Below, piece after piece: positions 10,122 to 18,466 of a stretch of DNA of 24,000 nucleotides. The notes beneath the pieces are model-generated. The model saw nothing but the letters and a program-made list of their open reading frames with translations, did not search any database and was not told where the DNA came from. Where the stretch lies: positions 170,510 to 194,509 of the forward strand of contig NZ_BMFY01000006.1 in the NCBI RefSeq assembly GCF_014639315.1. The letters are read 5' to 3'. Every line of letters begins with the position of its first letter. The first letter of the stretch is position 1. The translations under genes and the position numbers were made by a program. This DNA comes from Sediminivirga luteola (GTDB lineage Bacteria; Actinomycetota; Actinomycetes; Actinomycetales; Brevibacteriaceae).

Positions 10122-11573
10122 ATGACACGTACCGCCCGCCCCGCTCCCGCCCACGTGCAGAACCCCTTGCCGCGCGCCACCGCCCTGGAAACCGCTCAGG
10201 TGCTGCGCGACGTGCAGGCGCCGATGATCGCCAAGGGCCCCATCATCCGCCGGCCGCGCGTGGTCGGCGTGATCGAGCGCTTCGGCCTGGAAGGCCGCGC
10301 CGTCGCCCGCATGCAGGCGCTCTCGGACCGCTACGGCAGCGGCCCCCTCATGCTCGCGGTTCCCGGCCGTGATATAGCCCTGGTCCTCGATCCCGAGCAT
10401 GTGCACCGGGTGCTCGCCGAGACCCCGGAGCCGTTCGCACCGGGTGAGATGCTCAAGCGGAACGCCCTGAAGCACTTCGAGCCGGAGGTCGCGCTCGTCT
10501 CGCATGGTACCGAGCGTGCCCAGCGCAGGCGCCTGAACGAGCAGGTGCTCGATGACGGCCACCCGGTGCACCGCATGGCCGGGGACTTCCTGCCGGTGGT
10601 CGAACAGGAGGCCGTCGCCCTGCTGGAGACTGCGGACAGGGCCGGCAGTGTACTGGCGTGGGACGAGTTCAAAGCGGCCTGGTACCGGGTGGTGCGCCGC
10701 GTCGTCCTCGGGGACTCCGCTGCCGACGACACCGAGCTGACCGATCTGATGGAGAAGCTGCGCGCGGATGGCAACTGGGCGTTCTTCAAGCCGGTCGACA
10801 CCCGTGCCCGCGCCGAGCTGCACTCGCGGCTCCAGGCGGCGCTCGACCGCGCCGAGCCGGGCAGCCTGGCCGCGTTCATGGCGCGCGCCGACGCCGGTCC
10901 CGACGACTCCCCGATCAACCAGATCCCGCAGTGGCTGTTCGCCTTCGACCCGGCGGGGATGGCGACGTTCCGGGCGCTGGCGCTGCTGGCCGCCCACCCG
11001 GAGCGGATGGCGCAGGCTCGCCGGGAGGTGGCCGCTCGGGCCTCTGAGAGCGTCTCCGAGCAGGCCACCGGCCAAGCCTCCGGGCCCTCCGGCGGCGCTG
11101 CCGGCCGAGCCGCGGGATCCTCCGGCACCGCGCCGCTGAAACCCCTGGGCCTGCTGCGGGCCACGGTGCTGGAGTCGCTGCGGCTGTGGGCCACCACGCC
11201 GATGCTGCTGCGCCAGACCACCAGGGAGGTCGGCTTCGATCACGGTGTCCTGCCGGCCGGTGCCACTGTGCTGATCTTCGCGCCGTTCTTCCACCGCGAC
11301 GACCGCCATGTCGAGGTCGCGCACCGCTTCGCCCCCGAGCTGTGGGATCCGGATCGGACGGCCGAGGCCGGGGCGCCCGTCGGCTGGCCCCTCGTGCCGT
11401 TCAGCGCCGGGCCCGGCATCTGCCCCGGCCGGCACCTGGTCCTGCTGCTGACCAGTTCGTTCCTGGCCCGCCTCATCGGGGACCGCGAGATCGCGGTGGC
11501 CTCGCACCGGCTCGATCCCGAGCACCTGCCCTCGCTGCTGAGCAACTTCGCACTGGAGTTCCGGCTCAGCTGA
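10122..11573 (+). CDS. Cytochrome P450 (orphan, no adjacent redox partner)
   Basis: 483 aa. ATG 10122 has GGAGGTG 6 nt upstream. The heme-thiolate loop is PFSAGPGICPGRHL and the ExxR motif is VLESLRLW. The PERF-like region is HRFAPELWDP and the I-helix region is LFAFDPAGMATF. The in-frame upstream extension of the track ORF (9729-10121) has low GC3 and looks non-coding. Confidence 0.85.
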   Translation: MTRTARPAPAHVQNPLPRATALETAQVLRDVQAPMIAKGPIIRRPRVVGVIERFGLEGRAVARMQALSDRYGSGPLMLAVPGRDIALVLDPEHVHRVLAETPEPFAPGEMLKRNALKHFEPEVALVSHGTERAQRRRLNEQVLDDGHPVHRMAGDFLPVVEQEAVALLETADRAGSVLAWDEFKAAWYRVVRRVVLGDSAADDTELTDLMEKLRADGNWAFFKPVDTRARAELHSRLQAALDRAEPGSLAAFMARADAGPDDSPINQIPQWLFAFDPAGMATFRALALLAAHPERMAQARREVAARASESVSEQATGQASGPSGGAAGRAAGSSGTAPLKPLGLLRATVLESLRLWATTPMLLRQTTREVGFDHGVLPAGATVLIFAPFFHRDDRHVEVAHRFAPELWDPDRTAEAGAPVGWPLVPFSAGPGICPGRHLVLLLTSSFLARLIGDREIAVASHRLDPEHLPSLLSNFALEFRLS

Positions 11574-11624
11574 AGCGGGCGGCGCGCAGGCCGGGGGCGG
11601 GTTAGTCCCGGGGTGGTGCGCAAA

Positions 11625-11646
11625 TTCCGCGTGAGCTCACGCGGAA
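11625..11646. promoter_or_regulatory. 22-bp perfect palindrome TTCCGCGTGAGCTCACGCGGAA (terminator or operator)
   Basis: Read directly from the sequence. It lies 52 nt after the P450 stop in an AT-richer context (caaa...aatag). As RNA it would form a 9-11 bp hairpin. It lacks a convincing U-tract on the plus strand; the minus-strand reading is followed by TTTG. Confidence 0.4.
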
Positions 11647-11783
11647 ATAGTGCACAAGGCCGGACGTAACAGCGGCGCTGGGTCGGCTGCCCACGGAAGG
11701 CCTCCGCTGCTGACGGCTGTGCCTGTGGCTGCGCCGGTGCGAGGCGCCGCCGGAGCCTCGATGCAACCGTTCATGACGCGCTC

Positions 11784-11810
11784 CTGGCACTCAAGTTGAC
11801 CGAGTGCTAA
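11784..11810 (+). promoter_or_regulatory. CIRCE operator 1 (HrcA binding site)
   Basis: CTGGCACTC-aagttgacc-GAGTGCTAA, compared with the consensus TTAGCACTC-N9-GAGTGCTAA. It has the 9-9-9 architecture. Confidence 0.9.
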
Positions 11811-11824
11811 GCGCGTTCTAAAGT
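11796..11824 (+). promoter_or_regulatory. groES-groEL promoter (TTGACC - 17 nt - TAAAGT)
   Basis: The -35 TTGACC (11796-11801) lies inside the CIRCE-1 spacer. The -10 TAAAGT (11819-11824) lies between the two CIRCE elements. The spacer is 17 nt. Confidence 0.65.
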
Positions 11825-11828
11825 CGAA

Positions 11829-11855
11829 TTGGCAGTCGCTATGCGCGAGTGCTAA
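11829..11855 (+). promoter_or_regulatory. CIRCE operator 2 (HrcA binding site)
   Basis: TTGGCAGTC-gctatgcgc-GAGTGCTAA. It sits just downstream of the -10, so it would lie in the transcribed leader. Confidence 0.85.
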
Positions 11856-11957
11856 AGACCTGGAAGGGATCCGCTGTTCGCACACCCGCGACGGCGAGCG
11901 GCCGGGGAACTCCAGACCAGCATCGAGATTCTCTACCCAAGAAAGGGAGTGTCCGAA

Positions 11958-12251
11958 TTGTCGGTCTCCATCAAGCCTCTTGAAGATCGGATTGTCATCC
12001 GCCAGGTCGAAGCCGAGCAGACCACCGCTTCCGGCCTCGTCATCCCCGACACCGCCAAGGAGAAGCCGCAGGAGGGCGAGGTCGTCGCCGTCGGCCCGGG
12101 TCGCATCGACGACAAGGGCAACCGCGTGCCGCTCGATGTGAACGTGGGCGACAAGGTCATCTACTCCAAGTACGGCGGCACCGAGGTGAAGTACGGCGGC
12201 GAGGAGTACCTCGTGCTCTCCGCCCGCGACGTGCTCGCAGTCATCGCCTGA
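11958..12251 (+). CDS. groES: Co-chaperonin GroES
   Basis: The product reads [39 protein letters not shown]...[32 protein letters not shown] 11958 gives the usual [12 protein letters not shown]-terminus and has GAAAGGGAG 8 nt upstream. The track's GTG 11949 is an alternative start, 3 codons longer, but it overlaps the SD. Confidence 0.9.
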   Translation: MSVSIKPLEDRIVIRQVEAEQTTASGLVIPDTAKEKPQEGEVVAVGPGRIDDKGNRVPLDVNVGDKVIYSKYGGTEVKYGGEEYLVLSARDVLAVIA

Positions 12252-12271
12252 TCAGGCGCACTCGAACCTAG

Positions 12272-13879
<1,608 letters not shown>

Positions 13880-13956
13880 CCTCCTCGTGAGTCGACGGTG
13901 GCGGATGAACAGCCCTGCTGGGGCGGTTTCGTCCGGTAACGCCTGACAGGAGCGCC

Positions 13957-13999
13957 AGAACCGGCCCGCACAGGATGACTGTGCGGGCCGGTTCTTCTT
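13957..13999 (+). terminator. Rho-independent terminator of groEL
   Basis: A perfect 17-bp stem AGAACCGGCCCGCACAG / gatga / CTGTGCGGGCCGGTTCT is followed by TCTT. It lies between the convergent groEL and ECF ATPase genes. Confidence 0.85.
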
Positions 14000-14023
14000 G
14001 CGCGTGGACTCCCGCGGCTGCTT

Positions 14024-15751
14024 TTATGGCGCGTGTGATGGCGTCGTGTCCTCAGGCGGGCAGAGATGGACGGTGCGGTCGGCGATGCTGCTGGCCCAGT
14101 GCAGGTCGTGGGTGGCGACCAGCACCGTGCCGCCCGCGCCGGTGAAGTCGTTCAGCAGTGTGTTCAGCCGCTGCATGCCTGCCAGGTCCCGGCCGAGTGT
14201 CGGCTCGTCCAGGAGCAGCGCTGCGGGTTCGAGCAGCAGCGCGGAGGCGATCACGAGGTCCTTGCGCCGGGCGGGGGAGAGGTCGTAGGGATGCGTGGCG
14301 GCATCGTGTTGGAGGTCCAGCCGTTCCATGATGCCGTCCACCTGTTCGTGCCGGCGTGCCCGCAGGCGTGTGCGCTCCGTTCGGCGATGCCTGGCAAGCG
14401 GCACGGCGCCTTCCAGTTCCGCGCGCGCCGATGCCGCCGAAAGCTGCATACCGGGGTCCTGGCCCACCCAGGCCAGATGGCGGGCACGCGCATGGAGCGG
14501 CAGCGCGCCCAGCTCCGTGCCGGCACGATCGATGATGCTTCCGGCGACGTCGTCGACGGGTCTCTTGCCGCGCCGGCGACCCCGGGTGAGTCCACCCGTC
14601 CTGCGCCGGCCGGAGGCGGGGATGTCCTCGGGCGAGGTCCCCGGGCGGTCTGCCGGACGGTCTGCCGGGCGGTCTGCCGGACCGAGCAGCCCGGCCAGAG
14701 CTGCCAGCAGCGTGGACTTCCCGGACCCGTTCGCGCCCAGCAGCGCCGTGGTGGTCCCGGCGAGGAGATCGAGGTCCACGCCGTCGATGACGGTTCTGCC
14801 GCCGCGCCGCACCCGCAGTCCGCGGACGCGCAACAGGAGATCCTGCCCGGTGCCTTCTTCCCCGCCGTCACGTCCGGGCGCCTGTACGCCGGGCAGCCGG
14901 GAGGTGTCGTGGACGCAGGAGGAGCTTCCGGCCCGGAAAGGAGCGTCTTGTGGAGCAGAATGGGCTGAGCCCGGTACCGGACCTGCCGCCGGCCTGGTAT
15001 CCCAGACCCCGTAGCGGCTGAGCAGGGCAGGCTGGGCAGTCACGTTCCCGGTGCCGGTCAGACGGCCCCGGTCCAGGAGCAGCACGTGGTCGCAGGCGGC
15101 GCTGAGCTCATCGTGCTGATGGCCGGTCAGCAGTACCGCACCGCCGGCCTGGCGGTGCGCGTCCAGAGCGCGGAGCAGATGCGCGCGCGCCCGGGCATCG
15201 AGGGCCAGGCCCGGCTGGTCCAGGATCACCAGGGGCGGGGCGAGCACCAGCAGCCCGGCCAGCGCCGTCAGCTGGCGTTCCCCGCCGGAGAGCGTGCTGA
15301 CGTCCCGTCCGGCCAGATGCGCGATGCTGAGGGCGCTCATCGCTTGCCCGACGGCTCCCGGCAGGCTGTCCCGGAGCATGCCGGTGAGCCGAGCTGGCAG
15401 GGAGACCTCTTCCGCGGCGGATCTGCTCAGCCCGGTCAGCTGCGCCTCGGGATCGTCGCCAAGGAGCGCGGCGCGGGCGTTCCTGTTCACGGTGCCGCTG
15501 TGCTCCCCGCGGTCGCTCAGGAGCCCCGCGGCCAGCCGCGCGAGCGTCGACGTCCCGGAACCCTGAGGCCCCAGCACCGCGATGCCCTCGCCCGGCCGGA
15601 TGACCAGGTCGATGTCCCTCAGCGCCGCGGCGTCTGCGTCCCGGTAGCGGAAGCCTGCCTTCTGCAGCGTCAGTAGCGGGATGGGGTTGCCTGGCTCAGC
15701 GCGGATGCTCCGGCTACCGGGGCCAGCCGGCGGCAGGCCTGTGGCGTTCAT
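14024..15751 (-). CDS. Fused double ATPase of an ECF transporter (EcfA-EcfA'/YkoD-like), asymmetric nucleotide sites
   Basis: 575 aa with two ABC nucleotide-binding domains. NBD1 has GPQGSGTST, LSGGERQ and LVILDQP. NBD2 has GANGSGKST, LSPARRK, LLLDEPT and VATHD. An ATGA overlap with the upstream T-component gene spans 15748-15751. Confidence 0.85.
   Translation of the reverse strand: MNATGLPPAGPGSRSIRAEPGNPIPLLTLQKAGFRYRDADAAALRDIDLVIRPGEGIAVLGPQGSGTSTLARLAAGLLSDRGEHSGTVNRNARAALLGDDPEAQLTGLSRSAAEEVSLPARLTGMLRDSLPGAVGQAMSALSIAHLAGRDVSTLSGGERQLTALAGLLVLAPPLVILDQPGLALDARARAHLLRALDAHRQAGGAVLLTGHQHDELSAACDHVLLLDRGRLTGTGNVTAQPALLSRYGVWDTRPAAGPVPGSAHSAPQDAPFRAGSSSCVHDTSRLPGVQAPGRDGGEEGTGQDLLLRVRGLRVRRGGRTVIDGVDLDLLAGTTTALLGANGSGKSTLLAALAGLLGPADRPADRPADRPGTSPEDIPASGRRRTGGLTRGRRRGKRPVDDVAGSIIDRAGTELGALPLHARARHLAWVGQDPGMQLSAASARAELEGAVPLARHRRTERTRLRARRHEQVDGIMERLDLQHDAATHPYDLSPARRKDLVIASALLLEPAALLLDEPTLGRDLAGMQRLNTLLNDFTGAGGTVLVATHDLHWASSIADRTVHLCPPEDTTPSHAP
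14645..14680 (-). repeat. In-frame 12-bp x3 tandem repeat encoding (PADR)3 inside NBD2 of the ECF ATPase
   Basis: The plus strand reads gcggtctgccgg / acggtctgccgg / gcggtctgccgg. The minus-strand translation is PADRPADRPADR. It lies just after Walker A and is followed by a very basic insert (SGRRRTGGLTRGRRRGKRP). Confidence 0.9.
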
Positions 15752-16515
15752 GGGTGCTCACTCCCGGCCGCCAGGGCGGGGATCAGGTCACTTGCCGCGG
15801 GAAGTGGCAGCCAGCCGCCGATGGAGGCCGCGACCACGGCGAGGGAGAGGGCCGGCAGTGCCCAGCGCAGCGTCCGCTGCAGCCGTCCATCCGGATAGCG
15901 CCGCCAGGGCGCCGGCCGGCGGGCTGTGCCGAAGCCGCGCTGGACGAGGGCGTCGTGCCGCTGATCCAGATCGGTCAGGGAGGATAGCAGGAGCCCCGCG
16001 GCGATGCCGCCCAGAAGCCGCAGCCGCACGCCGAGCCGTCTGGTGTCATGGCCGCGCGCCGCGCGGGCGGCGAGCGTGTCACCGAGTCGCTGCCGCAGTC
16101 GCGGCACCATTCCCACCGCGGCGGCGCAGACGTATGCCAGGCCGAGCGGCAGCCGCAGGACGATCAGCGCGTCGAAGACGCGGCCGGCATCGGCGCTCAG
16201 GGCGAAGACCAGGCAGACGGAGACCATCGCCGCGACCCGCAGCCACAGCTGGGCGGCCACCGCGGCGCCCTCCGCCGTCAGCCGTGCCGGACCCCATGAC
16301 CACAGGACCTCGGCGGGGCCCGGGTAGAACAGCCCCTGGACCACGCCGACGACCAGCAGCATGGGACCGGCGAGGACAAGCATGCCCAGGAGCCAGCTGC
16401 GAAGTCTCACCCGCGGCGAGCAGAGGGCGGCCGCGGCGGAGAGCAACAGCACCGCCGCCGGCATCAGCGGGGAGGCCACCCCGTAGACGAGCAGCATCGC
16501 GCAGGCCAGCAGCAC
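15748..16515 (-). CDS. ecfT: ECF transporter transmembrane (T) component, EcfT/CbiQ family
   Basis: The protein is hydrophobic and multi-pass. It has two Ala-Arg-Gly coupling-helix motifs (LAARAARGHD and ALVQRGFG). The stop overlaps the ATPase start. The first canonical in-frame start after the S-component stop is GTG 16515. The N-terminus may extend further; see the finding on the EcfT start. Confidence 0.7.
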   Translation of the reverse strand: MLLACAMLLVYGVASPLMPAAVLLLSAAAALCSPRVRLRSWLLGMLVLAGPMLLVVGVVQGLFYPGPAEVLWSWGPARLTAEGAAVAAQLWLRVAAMVSVCLVFALSADAGRVFDALIVLRLPLGLAYVCAAAVGMVPRLRQRLGDTLAARAARGHDTRRLGVRLRLLGGIAAGLLLSSLTDLDQRHDALVQRGFGTARRPAPWRRYPDGRLQRTLRWALPALSLAVVAASIGGWLPLPAASDLIPALAAGSEHP

Positions 16516-16607
16516 GAGAGCCGTGGCCGGATGCAGGAGACCGGGTTCCTCCGGCTCCGGGACGACTATCGCGACCGTCCCGGAACCTGGGAGCCCGGAG
16601 CCGGCGG

Positions 16608-17486
16608 TCAGGGCAGGTCCTCCCCGGAACGGGTACCAGCGCCGGCGGACCGTCCGGGGACCTTCGGCGGGAGGGAGTGAGCCGTGAACGCGAACCGGCT
16701 GCGCAGACGCTGGGGCACGGCACGGAAGGCGAGGAAGGCCACCGCGAAGACGATCGCCTTGTCGATGATGTCCGAGGGGATGGCCTGCAGGGTCGTGGCG
16801 GCGAGCATCGAGGCGCCGGCGGCCTGGAACGCCGCGACCACGCCGCCGGTGCCGACCCCCAGACCGCCGCCGAAGACATAGGCGGCGACCGGCGCGCCGA
16901 GCAGACCAGCGGGAATGCCGGCCACGCCTCCGGCCAGGATGGCCGTCCAGAGGCGGCGGAATGCTCCGGCGCGGGCTGCCCAGCCGGCGGCCGCGCCGAT
17001 GAACGCCGCACCGGCGGAGAACGGGATGAGGCTCGGGTTGATGGTGACGCCCCAGATGAGGTTCGTCAGGACGCCGGTGAGGGCACCGGCCGCGGGACCG
17101 GCCAGGACGCCGATGAGCACGGTGCCGAGGGAGTCGAGGTAGAGCGGGATGGGGGTGAGCGTGCCGACGATCTGGCCGATGACGACGTTGAGCGCGATCA
17201 TGACCGGCAGCAGTGCCAGCACAGTGGCGGGGATGCGGGGCAGCGCCCCGGCGGCGATCAGGAGCGCGCCGGCCAGATAGCCGGCCATGACGGCGAGGGT
17301 GGTGTGGCCGAGGTCGGCGCCCAGGGTGGCCGGCTGGGTGGCGAGGATCCACAGGTAGGTGCCGGCGATGACGAGAGCCCCGGCGGCGATGAGCAGGGTG
17401 GACCACAGCGGCGCTGCGGGAGGTGTGGCTGCGGGGCCCGCCGGAGCGGCGGACCCCTGTCCAGATGCGGGATCGTTGCTGGTCAT
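16608..17486 (-). CDS. ECF transporter substrate-specific (S) component, specificity unknown
   Basis: 292 aa from ATG 17486, which has AAGGA 8 nt upstream. It is a Gly/Ala-rich multi-pass membrane protein. The segment LYLDSLGTVLIGVLAGPAAGALTGVLTNLIWG is typical of ECF S components. The gene lies immediately upstream of the T and A-A' genes. Confidence 0.7.
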   Translation of the reverse strand: MTSNDPASGQGSAAPAGPAATPPAAPLWSTLLIAAGALVIAGTYLWILATQPATLGADLGHTTLAVMAGYLAGALLIAAGALPRIPATVLALLPVMIALNVVIGQIVGTLTPIPLYLDSLGTVLIGVLAGPAAGALTGVLTNLIWGVTINPSLIPFSAGAAFIGAAAGWAARAGAFRRLWTAILAGGVAGIPAGLLGAPVAAYVFGGGLGVGTGGVVAAFQAAGASMLAATTLQAIPSDIIDKAIVFAVAFLAFRAVPQRLRSRFAFTAHSLPPKVPGRSAGAGTRSGEDLP

Positions 17487-17554
17487 GAGGTGTCCTTCGG
17501 GGCGAGATGGATGGATGGTGGCAGTGCGGTCGGCGCGGGTGTCAGCGCCCGGCC

Positions 17555-18466
17555 TCAGCCGTGCTGACGGTAGGTGGGCTCGTGCCGCTTGAGTGTGTTC
17601 ACCACCGCGTAGGTGACCGGCAGCAGCAGGAACTCGACGGCGCACTTGTACACGAAGCCGAAGAGCACATAGCTGATGAAGTCCGCGCCGGGGATGATCC
17701 CCGCGAACGCGACGGTGCAGAAGATGAGGGTGTCCAGGAACTGGCCCGCCACGGTGGAGCCGGACAGGCGCGCCCAGAGGTGGCGTTCGCCGAAGCGGCG
17801 TTTGATGCGCACGATGATGAACGAGTTCAGCAGCTGGCCGACCAGGAACCCGGCCACGCTGGCCAGCAGGATCCGGGGGTAGAAGCCCAGGACCGCCTCG
17901 AAGGCCGCTTGATGCTCATAGCCGGGGCCGGGTGGGGCGATCATCACGGCGTAGAAGGTCAGCGCGGCGACGATCTGCACGCCGAAGCCGACCAGGATGG
18001 CCTTGCGGGCGGCGGCGAAGCCGTAGATCTCGCTGATGACGCCGCCGGCGATGTAGGCCAGGGGGAAGAGGAACGCGCCGCCGTCGGTGACGATCGGACC
18101 GAAGGAGATCACCTTGGTCGCGGAGATGTTCGAGACGAGGAAGAAGGCGACCAGGAGGGCCATCAGGATCGCGTAGAAGCGGCCCTGGGAGGAGGCGAAG
18201 AGAGCCTCGCCTGCCGAGGGGCGGCGGGCCTCAGAGCCGGTGCCGGCGACCGGGGCTCCGGCCGGGGAACCGGCTGGAGCGGGCCGGTCCGTGGCGGTCG
18301 CGGTCGCTGTGGTGCCGGCTGCGGCGCGGCTGCCGGTGCTGCCGGGGTTGCCGCGCTCTCCGGGCGGTCCGGGCGCAGCATCGTGGTGCCGGGTGGTTTC
18401 GCTGGTGTCCGCGGGGCCCGCCGGGCTGGCGGACCCCTGCCCAGATGCGGGATCGGCGCTGGTCAT
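17555..18466 (-). CDS. yhhQ: COG1738/YhhQ (DUF165, VUT family) transporter, queuosine-precursor-transporter-like, with ~95-aa disordered N-terminal extension
   Basis: By eye the C-terminal ~205 aa align to E. coli YhhQ. Matching stretches are SNISATK...DGGAFLFPLAYIAGGVISEIYG, PRILLASVAGFLVGQLLNSFIIVRIK and STVAGQFLDTLIFCTVAF. ATG 18466 overlaps the nucleoside hydrolase stop (ATGA). Confidence 0.8.
   Translation of the reverse strand: MTSADPASGQGSASPAGPADTSETTRHHDAAPGPPGERGNPGSTGSRAAAGTTATATATDRPAPAGSPAGAPVAGTGSEARRPSAGEALFASSQGRFYAILMALLVAFFLVSNISATKVISFGPIVTDGGAFLFPLAYIAGGVISEIYGFAAARKAILVGFGVQIVAALTFYAVMIAPPGPGYEHQAAFEAVLGFYPRILLASVAGFLVGQLLNSFIIVRIKRRFGERHLWARLSGSTVAGQFLDTLIFCTVAFAGIIPGADFISYVLFGFVYKCAVEFLLLPVTYAVVNTLKRHEPTYRQHG

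Noticed and set aside
11574-11948. Small minus-strand ORFs 11602..11790 and 11637..11885 in the P450-groES intergenic region, and a search for an HspR HAIR motif.
   Set aside because: The ORFs have no SD and no coding bias, and they overlap the CIRCE elements and the promoter. No CTTGAGT-N7-ACTCAAG-like sequence is present.
17506-17519. An (ATGG)3 tetranucleotide microrepeat in the YhhQ-ECF S spacer.
   Set aside because: There are only three units and no flanking features, so it is compatible with chance.
17487-17554. I looked for a TPP (THI-box) or preQ1 riboswitch upstream of the ECF S gene and in the operon leader (20803-20870, minus strand). YkoEDC-like and queuosine-related transporters are often riboswitch-controlled.
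   Set aside because: The 68-nt spacer is too short for a THI-box, and I could not find the CUGAGA / ACCUGA blocks. The leader sequence lacks the preQ1-type A-rich tail (AAAACUA). Regulation seems to be protein-based through PadR. A covariance-model scan would still be the decisive test.
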